Source: an uncultured Gemmatimonadales bacterium (GTDB taxonomy: Bacteria; Gemmatimonadota; Gemmatimonadetes; Gemmatimonadales; GWC2-71-9). From it: a DNA stretch of 64,000 nt. Positions 18,893 through 29,407 of this stretch are shown here, in pieces; position 1 is the stretch's first letter; each line of letters begins with the position of its first letter. Both the position numbers and the translations under genes were made by a program. The DNA lies in contig CAVYSW010000003.1 of the NCBI GenBank assembly GCA_963771275.1, forward strand, positions 576,001-640,000, read 5' to 3'. The notes under the pieces were generated by a model. The model saw nothing but the letters and a program-made list of their open reading frames with translations. It made no database searches and was not told the DNA's origin.

Positions 18893-20629
18893 GTGACGGC
18901 CGGTCCAGCACGGAGCGACGGAGGCTCCGGCTCCCCGCCGGCGGGCCCGCCCGCGCATCGGTCGCCCCGGGGATCGCTCCTGCTGGCTGCCGGACTGGCC
19001 CTCGCCGGTCTCACGTACGGCCTCACCGCCTACCCGCTGCTCGAGCCGGACGAGGGGCGGAACGCCGAGGTGGCGCGCGAGATGGCGGTCGGCAGCGACT
19101 ACGTGCTGCCGCACCTCAACGCCCTGCCCTACGTGGACAAGCCGGTGCTGTACTTCGCGGCGAGCGCTCTCACGATGAAGCTGCTCGGCCCCACCGAGCT
19201 CGCCGCGCGGCTGCCGTCGCTCGCATTCACCCTGCTCACCGTCGCCCTGGTGGCCTGGTTCGCGCGCCGTCTGCTCGGCACTCCCGCCGCCTGGACCGCC
19301 GCCATCGCCACGGCCGCGACGCCGTTTACCCTGGCGTACGCGCGCACCGCGATCTTCGACGCCGCCCTCACGCTGTGGGTGGTGGCGGCGCTGATGGGAT
19401 TCTATCTGGCGGTGGAGACGGGACGGGACCGCCGACCGACGGCGGCGCGGTGGAGCGCGGCCGCCTGGGTCGCCATCGCGCTCGGCGTCCTGACCAAGGG
19501 CCCGGTCGCGCTCGCCGTCCCCCTGCTCGTCGCTTTGCCCTACGCGGTCTGGCGCCGCCAGGCCTCGAAGGTGCTCGATCCGGTGGGCATGCTGGCCCTG
19601 CTGGCGCTGGTCCTCCCCTGGGTGTTCGCCGTCACCAACCGCGTGCCGGATTTCCTGCGTTACGTGCTGCTGGTGGAAACGGCCGACCGGCTTGCCGGGA
19701 GCGGACTGGGGCGGACGGAGCCGTGGTGGTACTTCCTGCCGATCACCGTCGGCGCCGCCCTGCCGTGGAGCCTGGTGGCCTGCAGCGCTCTCACGAGGCG
19801 ACGGTCCGCGGGAGTCGACCACCGGCTGGTGTTCCTGCTGCTCTGGATCGCCGTGCCGGTCGTGTTCTTCAGCCTGTCCCAGTCGAAGCGCCCGCAGTAC
19901 ATCCTCCCCGTGGTTCCCGCGTTCGGGCTGCTCGTCGCCCTCGTGTGGGACCGCGCCGACGGGCGGCTCCCCGGCGCTCGACTCGCAGGCACCGCGCTCG
20001 CGCTGCTGGGCGCGGCCCTGACGCTCGGCGGCTCGCGGCTGCCGTCGCTGGTGCGCTCCAGCGCCGCGGTGGCGGCCGTGATCCCGCGTACCGCCCTGTG
20101 GCTCGGCGCGCTGTGCGTGGTGAGCGGTGCCGCGGCGTGGATGTTCGCGACGCGTCGGGACCGGGCCCTGATTGCGCTCGCGCTCCCCGTGGCGGCGATC
20201 CCCGTCATCGCGATGCCGCTGATGCGCGCCATCGGGAGCGAGCGGTCCAGCCGCGCGCTGGCCGACGCCATTGCCCCGTTCGTGCCGGAACACGCGGAGA
20301 TCGTGGCGATCGCCACGTACCCGCTCTCACTCCCGTTCTACCTGCGCCGGACCCTGACGCTGGCCACGCCGGACGGCCGGGAGCTCACCAGCAACTACGT
20401 GGCGCGGCGACTCGCCGCGCTGCGCCTGGCACCCGGCAGCACGCTCCGGCCGGCCGACTGGTGGGAGAGCGCGCTCGTCGAGTGCGACCGGCCGAGGCTC
20501 TTCGTGGTCGGAGTCGACGACCGGGCCGCCCGCCAGCGCCTCGCGACCCTGCTCGCGTTGCGCGGCGAGTCTCGAAAGGTGGCGGTCTACGGTCCGTGCC
20601 GCGCCGGCGAGTACGCCCGGCGTCCCTGA
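18893..20629 (+). CDS. ArnT/PMT-like (GT-C) membrane glycosyltransferase
   Basis: PDEGRNAEVAREM, DKP, ARLPS, LTKGP, EPWWYF and SKRPQYILP motifs; many TM segments. Confidence 0.9.
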   Translation: MTAGPARSDGGSGSPPAGPPAHRSPRGSLLLAAGLALAGLTYGLTAYPLLEPDEGRNAEVAREMAVGSDYVLPHLNALPYVDKPVLYFAASALTMKLLGPTELAARLPSLAFTLLTVALVAWFARRLLGTPAAWTAAIATAATPFTLAYARTAIFDAALTLWVVAALMGFYLAVETGRDRRPTAARWSAAAWVAIALGVLTKGPVALAVPLLVALPYAVWRRQASKVLDPVGMLALLALVLPWVFAVTNRVPDFLRYVLLVETADRLAGSGLGRTEPWWYFLPITVGAALPWSLVACSALTRRRSAGVDHRLVFLLLWIAVPVVFFSLSQSKRPQYILPVVPAFGLLVALVWDRADGRLPGARLAGTALALLGAALTLGGSRLPSLVRSSAAVAAVIPRTALWLGALCVVSGAAAWMFATRRDRALIALALPVAAIPVIAMPLMRAIGSERSSRALADAIAPFVPEHAEIVAIATYPLSLPFYLRRTLTLATPDGRELTSNYVARRLAALRLAPGSTLRPADWWESALVECDRPRLFVVGVDDRAARQRLATLLALRGESRKVAVYGPCRAGEYARRP

Positions 20630-20630
20630 C

Positions 20631-22469
20631 ATGTGCGGCATCTGCGGGACCGTGGCCTTCGGGGCAGGCGCACTCGAGGCGCCGGAGGCGGTCGAGCAGC
20701 TCCGCGCCGCGCTGCGGCACCGTGGCCCCGACGGCGAGGGCCTGTGGCGCACCGACCGCGCGGCGCTCGGCGCGACACGGCTGCGCGTGGTGGATCTCGA
20801 CCCGCGCGCGGATCAGCCGTTCACGGACCCCGCCGGTGTGGTCCTCGTGTGCAACGGCGAGATCTACAACGCCGGCGAGCTGCGACGCCGGTACGCCACG
20901 TACCCCTTCCGGTCCCGCTCCGACGTCGAGGCGCTGCTGCCCCTGTACCTCGATCGCGGGCCCCACGGGCTCGACCAGATCGACGGGATGTTCGCGGTGG
21001 CGATCTGGGACGCCGGCCGCGCGCGTCTGACGCTGGCGCGGGACCGTGCGGGTGAGAAGCCGCTGTTCTACACGGAGCGCGGTGGCGAAGTCTGGTTCGC
21101 GTCCGAGATCGGCGCCCTTCTCGGGGCGCCCGGCGTGTCCCGGGCCGTCGATCCGGATGCGCTCGCCGAGTACGTGCGGCTCGGCTACGTGCGGGAGCCG
21201 CGCACGCCGTTCCCGGCGATCCGCAAGGTGCCGGCCGGGACCATCCTCACCTTTGCGGCCGAGGGCCGGGCGGCGCACCGCTACTGGCAGCCGGTGGACC
21301 CCGCACTGCCGCCACCCGACGCGCCCGCGATGCGGCGCCTGCTGGAGCGCGCGGTCGGGAAGCAGGTCACCGCCGACGTGCCGATCGGGATCTTCACCAG
21401 CGGCGGGCTCGATTCATCGCTGCTCGCCGTGCTCGCCGTCCGCGCGCTCGGCGCGGACCACGTGCACACGTTCACCGTGGGGTTCCCGGACCGCGACTTC
21501 GACGAGCGGCCGTATGCCGCGCGGCTGGCCCGCCACCTCGGCACCCGTCACACCCAGATCGAGGTTGCCGGCTCCGACGTGCCGGCCGCGCTCGACGCGC
21601 TCGCCGCGAGCGGCGAGCCGATCGGCGACCCGGCGGCGATCCCCACACTGCGGCTCGCGCGTGCCGCCCGGGAGCGGGTCGGCGTCGTGCTGAGTGGCGA
21701 AGGCGCGGACGAGTTGTTCGGCGGCTATCCGACCTACGTCGGCCACCGCGCGGCACCGGGGTTCGCGCGGCTCCCGACGGCGCTGCGCCGCGGCATCCGC
21801 GCCGCGCTGGACCGCGTTCCGCCGTCCTCCGGGCGGGTGCCACTCGAGTTCCTGCTCAAGCGATTCGTGTCGGTCGGCGACCGCCCGTGGGCCGAGCGGC
21901 ACCAGGCGTGGTTCGGGACCGGCCTCCCCGCGGAGGTCCTGCGGCCGTCATGGCGGGAAGGACCCCCCCTGAGCCCCCCCGATCCAAGCGACGCCGACGT
22001 GGTACGGCAGGCGATGCGGCTGGACTATGAGACCGCGCTGCGCGAGCGTCTGCTGGTCAAGGGGGACCGGGCCACGATGCGTGTCGCGCTCGAGGCCCGC
22101 GCCCCGTTCCTCGATCCGGACGTCACCCGCGCCGCGTTGTCCGCGCCGAGCCGCGTGCACGTGCGCGGGTTCCGCACCAAGATCCTGCTCCGGGCCGTGG
22201 CACGGGGCTCGGTTCCCGAGTTTATTGTGCGCAGGGGGAAGCGCGGGCTCAGCGTGCCGGTCGGGCGCTGGCTCAACGGCCCGCTGGCGGCCGTGGCGAA
22301 CGAGCACCTGGGGCGGGACCGGCTGGAGCGTCAGGGGCTGCTCGACGGCGCCGCCGTCGCGGGGCTCATGGCCGAGCATCGCGCGGGCCGGGCCGATCAC
22401 GGGCGCGCGCTGTGGCCGCTGCTGACATTGCAGCACTGGTTGGCGTACTGGGGACTGGAGGGGGGCTGA
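20631..22469 (+). CDS. asnB: Asparagine synthase (glutamine-hydrolysing) family amidotransferase
   Basis: N-terminal MCGI, HRGPD, NGEIYN, SGGLDSS, SGEGADELFGGY and EARAPFLD motifs. Confidence 0.9.
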   Translation: MCGICGTVAFGAGALEAPEAVEQLRAALRHRGPDGEGLWRTDRAALGATRLRVVDLDPRADQPFTDPAGVVLVCNGEIYNAGELRRRYATYPFRSRSDVEALLPLYLDRGPHGLDQIDGMFAVAIWDAGRARLTLARDRAGEKPLFYTERGGEVWFASEIGALLGAPGVSRAVDPDALAEYVRLGYVREPRTPFPAIRKVPAGTILTFAAEGRAAHRYWQPVDPALPPPDAPAMRRLLERAVGKQVTADVPIGIFTSGGLDSSLLAVLAVRALGADHVHTFTVGFPDRDFDERPYAARLARHLGTRHTQIEVAGSDVPAALDALAASGEPIGDPAAIPTLRLARAARERVGVVLSGEGADELFGGYPTYVGHRAAPGFARLPTALRRGIRAALDRVPPSSGRVPLEFLLKRFVSVGDRPWAERHQAWFGTGLPAEVLRPSWREGPPLSPPDPSDADVVRQAMRLDYETALRERLLVKGDRATMRVALEARAPFLDPDVTRAALSAPSRVHVRGFRTKILLRAVARGSVPEFIVRRGKRGLSVPVGRWLNGPLAAVANEHLGRDRLERQGLLDGAAVAGLMAEHRAGRADHGRALWPLLTLQHWLAYWGLEGG

Positions 22470-23044
22470 TGACGCGGGACGAGGCGCTGGCGCTGATGCA
22501 CGAGTACACACCGTCTGAGGCGCTGCGCAAACACATGTATGCGGTGGAGCTCGCGATGCGGGCGTACGCGCGCAAGCTCGGCGAGGACGCGGAGCGCTGG
22601 GGCCTCGTTGGCCTGGTGCACGACTTCGACTACGAGCGCTACCCCAACGACACGCACTCCCCGACCGAAGAGCACCCGTCGTGGGGCGTGCGGCTGCTTC
22701 GGGAGCGCGGGCTCGACGAGCCTTCCTGCCAGGCGATCCTGGGCCACGCATCCTACACGGGGGTCGTGCGGACCTCGACCATGGCCAAGGCGCTGTTCGC
22801 CGTGGACGAGCTGTGCGGCTTCCTGGTGGCCTGCGCCCTGGTGCGCCCGTCCCGCAGTCTGGGGGATCTCGAGGTGAAGAGCGTCAAGAAGAAGCTCAAG
22901 GACAAGGCATTCGCGCGCGGTGTCAACCGGGACGACATCGTGCGGGGCGCCGAGGAGCTCGGCGTGCCGCTGGATGACCACATCCAGTTTCTCATCGAGG
23001 CCCTGCGGCCCGACGAGGGGCAGATCGGGCTGGGTGGGGCGTGA
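22469..23044 (+). CDS. HD-domain (HDIG-like) phosphohydrolase
   Basis: LRKH, VHDFDYE, AVDELCG and KKLKDKAFARGVNR motifs. Confidence 0.85.
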   Translation: MTRDEALALMHEYTPSEALRKHMYAVELAMRAYARKLGEDAERWGLVGLVHDFDYERYPNDTHSPTEEHPSWGVRLLRERGLDEPSCQAILGHASYTGVVRTSTMAKALFAVDELCGFLVACALVRPSRSLGDLEVKSVKKKLKDKAFARGVNRDDIVRGAEELGVPLDDHIQFLIEALRPDEGQIGLGGA

Positions 23045-23090
23045 CGCGCGGGGGCGGGCGGGCAGCCTGGGAGGGGGCGGCAGGGGTCTC

Positions 23091-23116
23091 AACGCCCCCG
23101 AGCCCCGATGCGTAGT
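23091..23116 (+). promoter_or_regulatory. Candidate ECF-type autoregulatory promoter (AAC-N17-CGTA)
   Basis: AAC at 23091-23093, a 17-nt spacer, then CGTAGT at 23111-23116 at the head of the ECF gene. If real, the start codon may be the TTG at 23138. Confidence 0.4.
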
Positions 23117-23674
23117 AAAGACGTACCGGACGCTGAGTTGGCTGCACGGGCCCAGGCGGGTGATCGTGAGGCCTATGGGGCCCTGGTGATGCGCTATGCC
23201 GCGCAGGCCCGGCGGGTGGCGCGGGCGATCCTGGGGAATCCGGAGGATGCGGACGACGCGGCGCAGGACGGGTTCCTCGCCGCGTTGCGGCACATAGGCC
23301 GGTACGATCCGGATCGCCCCTTCGGACCGTGGCTCGTGCGGATCGTCGCCAATGCGGCGGCGGACCGCCGGCGACGGCGGAAGGTGCGACGCACCGAGGA
23401 GCTGTCGCCCGTGGCCGCCACCGCGGCCCCGGGACCCTCGGAGGTGACGGACCGGCGGGCGCTGCGGGCGGCGTTGGAGACGGCCCTGGCGGACTTGCCG
23501 GAGCGGCAGCGGATCGCGGTGGTGCTGTTCGACGTCGAGGGATACAGCCACGCCGAGATCGCCGGGATGCTGGGCGTACCGGAGGGCACGGTGCGCTCGG
23601 ACGTGTTTCACGCCCGCCGCGGGCTGCGCGAGCCGCTGGCGGTGTGGCGGACCTGGAAGGAGCGAGACTCATGA
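23108..23674 (+). CDS. ECF RNA polymerase sigma factor
   Basis: Region 2 DADDAAQDGF..WL and region 4 SHAEIA..LG..EGTVRS. Confidence 0.92.
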   Translation: MRSKDVPDAELAARAQAGDREAYGALVMRYAAQARRVARAILGNPEDADDAAQDGFLAALRHIGRYDPDRPFGPWLVRIVANAAADRRRRRKVRRTEELSPVAATAAPGPSEVTDRRALRAALETALADLPERQRIAVVLFDVEGYSHAEIAGMLGVPEGTVRSDVFHARRGLREPLAVWRTWKERDS

Positions 23675-24033
23675 ACAGCCAGTCGCCGTTCGATCATCAG
23701 CGCGATGCCGAGCTGGGGGCGATGCTGTTGGAGGTGCTGACGCCGACGGACGATGCGGTCTTCGTGCGGCGCGTGCTCGCCCAAGCCGGAGCATCACCGA
23801 CTTGGTGGGAAGTGCTGGACGGTTGGGCGCGCCCCGGGCTCGCGGCCGCGCTCGTCCTGGTGGCGCTGGCCGGCTTTCTGCTCGGCCGAACGCTGCGGCC
23901 GTCCGCGTCGGGCATGGCGCTCGACGAGCCGGTCCGGGCGGTGGCGGAGGGGGTCGGGGTTGCGGCGCTGTTCAGCGCTTCGGTACCCCCGGACGTAGAC
24001 ATGGTGGTGTTGGCGGTCAACAACGGGCAGTGA
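23671..24033 (+). CDS. Single-TM protein, putative anti-sigma factor
   Basis: ATGA overlap with the sigma gene; one hydrophobic segment (LAAALVLVALAGFLLG). Confidence 0.6.
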   Translation: MNSQSPFDHQRDAELGAMLLEVLTPTDDAVFVRRVLAQAGASPTWWEVLDGWARPGLAAALVLVALAGFLLGRTLRPSASGMALDEPVRAVAEGVGVAALFSASVPPDVDMVVLAVNNGQ

Positions 24034-24079
24034 GGGCGCGCGGGCAGCGCCCGCGCCCTGCAACGATAAGGGACCTGGC

Positions 24080-24490
24080 ATGCTGATGAACCGTTCGAAG
24101 ATCCTGGCCCTGGTGCTCCTCGTCGCCGTGTTCGTCGCGGGAGGGGCAGTAGGCATCGCGGCGTCGGGCGCCTGGCGGGGACACCGGGCGGGCGACGCCG
24201 AGCGCCGGGACCGCCGCGCGACGACCAGCTACGCCGATCGGCTGCAGGGCGAGCTCAACCTCTCGCCGGCGCAGCACGACACGGTGGAGCGCATCGTCAC
24301 GGGGTATCAGGGACACATGGATCGGATCTGGGCGGAAATGCGCCCGCGGATGGACTCCCTGCGAGACAACATTCGCGCCCAGATCACGCTGGTATTGGAC
24401 TCCACGCAACAGGCACGCTTCCGGGCGATGATCGCCCGCAGCGATAGCGTTCGCGCGGCACGCGCGCAGGAGGGACGTCATGGCCGCTGA
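24080..24490 (+). CDS. Membrane-anchored periplasmic helical protein (Spy/CpxP-like)
   Basis: N-terminal TM, L.LSPAQ and VLDSTQQARF segments resembling LTXXQ motifs. Confidence 0.6.
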   Translation: MLMNRSKILALVLLVAVFVAGGAVGIAASGAWRGHRAGDAERRDRRATTSYADRLQGELNLSPAQHDTVERIVTGYQGHMDRIWAEMRPRMDSLRDNIRAQITLVLDSTQQARFRAMIARSDSVRAARAQEGRHGR

Positions 24491-25823
24491 CCGCGTGACG
24501 CGGATCGCGTTGGTATGCGCCTGCCTCGCCGGGGTGATCCCGGCGGCGGCACGCGCGCAGGACTCGACCCAGGTGCCGACCGTCACCCTCACCGAGGCCA
24601 TCGACCTGGCGCTGCGGGTGCAGCCGGCCGTGGTGCAGGCCCGCGGCGCCGTGACCAACGCGCAGAGCGGCAAGCGGGAGGCCCTCGGGGCCTGGCTGCC
24701 CACGATCACTTCGAGCGGCAGCTGGGGCCTGGCGTCCAACTCCCGGTACAACGCCGCGACCGGCACGTTCGTCTCGGCCGACCGGCAGGACTCCTACACG
24801 GCCGGCCTTTCGGCCAGCCTCACGCTGTTCGACGGATTCCAGCGGGCCGCCAATGGTCGGTCGGCCTCGGCGACGCTCGCCAGCGCGGACGCCAAGCTGA
24901 CGAACCAGCAGTTTCAGGTGACGCTGCAGGTCAAGCAGGCGTTCTTCAACGCGCTCGCCGCCCGCGAGCTGCTCCGCGTCGCGCTGACGCAGATCCAGCG
25001 GGCCGAGGAACAGCTCAAGGCGTCGCAGGAGAAGTTGGCGGCCGGCAGCGCCACGCGCTCCGACACGCTGCGGAGCCGGGTGGAGGTGGGGAACGCCCAG
25101 CTGGCGCAGCTCACCGCCCAAACGCAGCTCGCGACGGCGGAGGCCGACCTGGCGCGGCTGATCGGCTACGACGGCCCGGTTCGGGCGGTGGGCGACTCCA
25201 GTCTGTTCGTCATGGCCCCGTTCGACACGGCGGCCCTGCGGAACGAGGTGCTCCAGACTGCCCCATCCGTCGTGGCCGCGGAAGCGGACGCCAAGGCGGC
25301 GGCGGCGGCCGTCGCCGTGTCGCGGGCCGCGTACTTCCCGCAGCTCCGGGGGACGTTCAGCAACACGTGGTCGGGGCCCGTCGGCATCGGGACCGACTCG
25401 GTGACCAACCAGGCGCAGTACCTCACGTTCCGCCGCCAGTGGCAGGCGCGGCTTTCCCTGAGCTGGGACCTGTTCAACGGGTTCACCCGTGAGGGGGCGC
25501 TGAGCCGCGCCGTCGTGAGCCGCGAGTCGGCGGCGGCCCAGGCCGACGACGCGCGGCGGCTCGCGTCCGCGCAGCTCACGCAGCAGCTCGCCGCGCTGCA
25601 GTCCACGCGCAGCCAGATCGGGATCGCGATCGCGAGCCGGGCCGCCGCGGAGGAAGACCTGCGTGTCGTGCGCGAGCGCTACCGGCTGGGCGCGGCCACG
25701 ATCGTGGACGTGCTGACGTCGCAGGTGACGCTGGACCAGGCGGAGGTGAACGTCGTGCAGGCCGAGCTCAACTTCCTGGTGGCGCGGGCCCAGCTCGAGT
25801 CGCTGCTCGGGAGGTCGCTATGA
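24480..25823 (+). CDS. TolC family outer membrane efflux protein
   Basis: Signal peptide, two OEP-like repeats, [13 protein letters not shown]. Confidence 0.9.
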   Translation: MAADRVTRIALVCACLAGVIPAAARAQDSTQVPTVTLTEAIDLALRVQPAVVQARGAVTNAQSGKREALGAWLPTITSSGSWGLASNSRYNAATGTFVSADRQDSYTAGLSASLTLFDGFQRAANGRSASATLASADAKLTNQQFQVTLQVKQAFFNALAARELLRVALTQIQRAEEQLKASQEKLAAGSATRSDTLRSRVEVGNAQLAQLTAQTQLATAEADLARLIGYDGPVRAVGDSSLFVMAPFDTAALRNEVLQTAPSVVAAEADAKAAAAAVAVSRAAYFPQLRGTFSNTWSGPVGIGTDSVTNQAQYLTFRRQWQARLSLSWDLFNGFTREGALSRAVVSRESAAAQADDARRLASAQLTQQLAALQSTRSQIGIAIASRAAAEEDLRVVRERYRLGAATIVDVLTSQVTLDQAEVNVVQAELNFLVARAQLESLLGRSL

Positions 25824-26563
25824 CGGCCGCGCAGCACATGGACTTCCGGACCGGCGATCAGCCGCTGCCCGACATCGTCATCCTGACGCACAAGCTCGCG
25901 CGGGACTACCAGGTGGGCACGGAGACGGTGAAGGCGCTCCGCGGGGTGAGCATCCAGGTCCGGCGCAACGAGTTCACGGCGATCATGGGGCCGTCGGGCT
26001 CCGGCAAGTCCACGCTGATGAACCTGCTCGGGTGCCTCGACACGCCGAGCGCGGGCGAGTACTGGCTCAACGGCCAGAAGGTGAGCGAGCTGAACGATGA
26101 CGAGCTGGCCCGGATTCGCAACAAGGAGATCGGGTTCGTGTTCCAGACGTTCAACCTGCTGCCGCGCGCGACGTCGCTGCACAACGTCGAGCTGCCGCTG
26201 ATCTATGCCGGGTTCTCGGCCCGGCGGCGGCGCGAGCAGGCGGAGCACTCCCTCATGCAGGTGGGCCTCGGCGACCGCATGCACCACAAGCCGAACGAGC
26301 TGTCGGGCGGCCAGCGCCAGCGCGTCGCGATCGCGCGGGCGCTCGTCAACAGCCCGAGCATTCTGCTGGCCGACGAGCCGACGGGCAATCTCGACAGCGC
26401 CACCAGTGCCGAGATCATGAGCGTGTTCGAGGCGCTCCATGCCACGGGCCAGACGATCATCCTCATCACTCACGAACACGACATCGCCGCTCACGCGCAT
26501 CGCCAGATCCATCTTCTGGACGGGCACGTGGAGCAGGACGTTGTCACGAGAGCCGCATCATGA
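25820..26563 (+). CDS. ABC transporter ATP-binding protein (MacB/LolD type)
   Basis: [25 protein letters not shown] and H-loop. Confidence 0.95.
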   Translation: MTAAQHMDFRTGDQPLPDIVILTHKLARDYQVGTETVKALRGVSIQVRRNEFTAIMGPSGSGKSTLMNLLGCLDTPSAGEYWLNGQKVSELNDDELARIRNKEIGFVFQTFNLLPRATSLHNVELPLIYAGFSARRRREQAEHSLMQVGLGDRMHHKPNELSGGQRQRVAIARALVNSPSILLADEPTGNLDSATSAEIMSVFEALHATGQTIILITHEHDIAAHAHRQIHLLDGHVEQDVVTRAAS

Positions 26564-28113
26564 CGCCTATCCCGCGATTTCCCGCAGCGGCCGCCGGCCT
26601 GGCGGTCGCGCTGTCCGTGGCCTGCCACAAGCCGCCACCGCCGCCGGTGTACGAGGCCGTTCCGGTGACGACCCGCGACATCGTCGTGTCGGCGAGCGCG
26701 TCGGGCGCGATCGAGCCGATCACCACGATCGAGGTCAAGTCGAAGGCGTCGGGCGAGATCGTCGATGTGGCCGTCGAGACGGGCGATCTCGTGCAACCCG
26801 GTCAGCTGCTCGTGCGCGTCGACCCCCGGGTCCCGAGCAACGCGCTGACGCAGGCCCAGGCCGATCTCGACGTCGCCAAGGCGCAGCTCGAGAATGCGCA
26901 GTCCCAGCTGCGCCGGTCGGACGAGCTCTACAAGACGCAATCGATCACCGAGCAGGAGTACGAATCCGCGAACCTGGCGGCGGCCAACGCCAAGGCGCAG
27001 CTCGTTCGCGCGCAGCGGTCGCTCGAGGATGCCAAGATCTCGTTCGAGGACACCGACGTGCGCGCCCCGAGCGCCGGCATGGTGATCAAGCGCACGGTCG
27101 AGAAGGGCACCGTGATCTCCTCCGCCACCAGCAACGTGAGTGGGGGGACGGTGCTGCTCACGATGGCGAACCTCGACACGGTGCAAGTGCGGGCCATGGT
27201 GGACGAGACGGACATCGGGAAGATCGAGGCCGGCATGCTGGTCACGATCACGGTGGACGCGTTCCCCAGCCGGCCGTTCGAGGGTTCGGTACTCAAGGTC
27301 GAGCCGCAGGCCACCACCACCCAGAACGTCACGATGTTCCCCGTGCTGGTGCGCATTCCCAACGCCGGCCTCCTGCTGAAACCGGGCATGAACGCCGACG
27401 TCGAGGTGCACGTCGGCGAGCGGCAGGGCGTGCTGGCGATTCCCAACGCGGCGCTGCGGACGCAGCGGGACGTCGCGTCGGCGGCCCAGGTGCTCGGGCT
27501 CACGATGGAGCAGGTGGAGCAGCAGCTCGCCCAGGCGAAGGAGCAGCAGCCCGGTCAGGGCGGCCAGGCGTCGCTCGGCGGGACGACCACGGCGGACTCC
27601 ACGCCGGCCAACGTGTACCGCACGCCTGACGGGCGCGAGATCAAGCTGCCGGCGGGCGTGACCGCGCAGCAGGTTGCGGCCGTGTTCGCGAAGATGCGCA
27701 GCGGGGGCGGCCCCGAGGCGCTGACCGCCGAGGAGCGGGCCCTCCTCCAGAAGGTGCGCGGCGCGATGGGCGGCGGCGGGCGGCTCGGCGGGACCAACGG
27801 CGCACGGCAGAACGGCAGTCGCGCCGGCGCGCAGAGCACGTCGGTGCTGTTCGGCGGCACGTACATCGTGTTCATGCTGAAGAACGGCCAGCCGACGCCC
27901 GTCGAGATCCGCACGGGCCTCACCGACCTCGACTACTCGGAGATTCGGAGCGGGCTCACCGCCAGCGACACGGTGCTGGTCCTGCCGAGCGCGAGCCTGA
28001 TCGCGTCGCAGGAGCAGGATCGCGAGCGCGCCAACCGGATGGCCGGCGGCGTGCCCGGCATGACCCAGGGCAGCACGCCAACCGGCGGCGGCCCGGGTCG
28101 AGGGCCCCGCTGA
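26560..28113 (+). CDS. Periplasmic adaptor (MacA/HlyD-like), probable lipoprotein, with Gly-rich insertion
   Basis: LSVAC lipobox-like segment, [15 protein letters not shown] and LKPGM motifs. Confidence 0.9.
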   Translation: MTPIPRFPAAAAGLAVALSVACHKPPPPPVYEAVPVTTRDIVVSASASGAIEPITTIEVKSKASGEIVDVAVETGDLVQPGQLLVRVDPRVPSNALTQAQADLDVAKAQLENAQSQLRRSDELYKTQSITEQEYESANLAAANAKAQLVRAQRSLEDAKISFEDTDVRAPSAGMVIKRTVEKGTVISSATSNVSGGTVLLTMANLDTVQVRAMVDETDIGKIEAGMLVTITVDAFPSRPFEGSVLKVEPQATTTQNVTMFPVLVRIPNAGLLLKPGMNADVEVHVGERQGVLAIPNAALRTQRDVASAAQVLGLTMEQVEQQLAQAKEQQPGQGGQASLGGTTTADSTPANVYRTPDGREIKLPAGVTAQQVAAVFAKMRSGGGPEALTAEERALLQKVRGAMGGGGRLGGTNGARQNGSRAGAQSTSVLFGGTYIVFMLKNGQPTPVEIRTGLTDLDYSEIRSGLTASDTVLVLPSASLIASQEQDRERANRMAGGVPGMTQGSTPTGGGPGRGPR

Positions 28114-29327
28114 TGCTGTCCGGCGAAATCTTCATGGTGGCGCTGAGCGCGATCCGCGCCAACAAGCTGCGCTCGGCCCTCACCATGCTCGGTATCGTGA
28201 TCGGCGTCGCGGCCGTAATCACGATGGTGGCGCTGGGTTCCGGCGCCCAGAAGGCGGTGCAGGAGCAGATCGCGCGGCTCGGGACCGATCTGCTGTCGGT
28301 CTATCCCGGCCAGTCCTTCATGCACGGGGTGGCGAGCCAGGAGCGCGTCAGCCTCAAGATGGACGACGTCATGGCGCTGGAGCACGGCGCGCGCGTCATC
28401 ACGAACGTGGTGCCCGAGATGTCGGGGAACCGGCAGATCAAGTACAGCAACGCCAACATCAACGTGAGCATCGTCGGCACGACACCGAACTACATCACCG
28501 TCAACAACTACAAGGTGGTGGCCGGGCACAACTTCACGCGCGGCGAGAACGAGGGCCGCCGCCGCGTCGCGGTGTTGGGAGGCGGCGTGCCCGCCATGCT
28601 CAACGCGAACGGGCCCGCCATGATCGGCCAGGAGGTCCAGATCGGCGGCGTGCCGTTCGAGATCGTGGGTCTGCTCGAGACGAAGGGCTCGAGCAACAGC
28701 TGGGACAACCCCGACGAGCGCATTCTGATCCCGATCCTCACGGCGCAGTACCGCGTGTTCGGCAACGACCGGGTGCGGTCCATCACGGTGCAGGTCGCGA
28801 GCGCGGACTCGATGAACCTCGCGATGCTCGAGATCGAGCGCGCGCTGCGCTCGGCGCACGGCATCCGGCCCGGGGCCGACAACGACTTCCAGATCCGGAA
28901 CCGCTCGGAGTTCCTCGCGACGTTTGAGGAGACGACCCGCACGTTCACGTTCCTGCTCGCGGGCATCGCGGCGGTGAGCCTGCTGGTGGGCGGCATCGGC
29001 ATCATGAACATCATGCTGGTCTCCGTGACCGAGCGGACCCGCGAGATCGGCGTGCGCAAGGCGCTCGGCGCCACGCGGCGCAGCATCCTGCTGCAGTTCC
29101 TCGTCGAGGCGATGGCGCTGTGCCTGCTCGGTGGCGTGGTCGGCATCCTGCTCGGCTCCGGCGGCGCGGTGCTGCTGTCGAAGCTCGCCAGCTGGAACAC
29201 GCACATCTCGATGCCGGCGATCGTTCTGGCGGTGGCGTTCAGCCTGGGCGTCGGGGTGTTCTTCGGGCTGTGGCCCGCGCAGCGCGCGGCGCGGCTGGAC
29301 CCGATTCAGGCGCTGCGGTACGAGTAG
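28113..29327 (+). CDS. ABC transporter permease (MacB family)
   Basis: RSALTMLGIVIGV, GGIGIMNIMLVSVTERTREIG and LDPIQALRYE motifs. Confidence 0.95.
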   Translation: MLSGEIFMVALSAIRANKLRSALTMLGIVIGVAAVITMVALGSGAQKAVQEQIARLGTDLLSVYPGQSFMHGVASQERVSLKMDDVMALEHGARVITNVVPEMSGNRQIKYSNANINVSIVGTTPNYITVNNYKVVAGHNFTRGENEGRRRVAVLGGGVPAMLNANGPAMIGQEVQIGGVPFEIVGLLETKGSSNSWDNPDERILIPILTAQYRVFGNDRVRSITVQVASADSMNLAMLEIERALRSAHGIRPGADNDFQIRNRSEFLATFEETTRTFTFLLAGIAAVSLLVGGIGIMNIMLVSVTERTREIGVRKALGATRRSILLQFLVEAMALCLLGGVVGILLGSGGAVLLSKLASWNTHISMPAIVLAVAFSLGVGVFFGLWPAQRAARLDPIQALRYE

Positions 29328-29343
29328 GCGGCATTCGGATCAG

Positions 29344-29385
29344 CGGGGGAGAGGGGCAGAGATGCGATAGTCTCTGCCCTTCTGC
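29344..29385. repeat. Octamer-repeat hairpin (possible terminator)
   Basis: gaggggcagaga-tgcgatag-tctctgcccttc stem-loop after the permease stop. Confidence 0.65.
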
Positions 29386-29396
29386 GTTTCTCCACC

Positions 29397-29402
29397 TATA
29401 AT
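29397..29402 (+). promoter_or_regulatory. Consensus -10 box, leaderless arrangement
   Basis: TATAAT 5 nt before the ATG at 29408; no Shine-Dalgarno sequence. Confidence 0.7.
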
Positions 29403-29407
29403 TCGCC

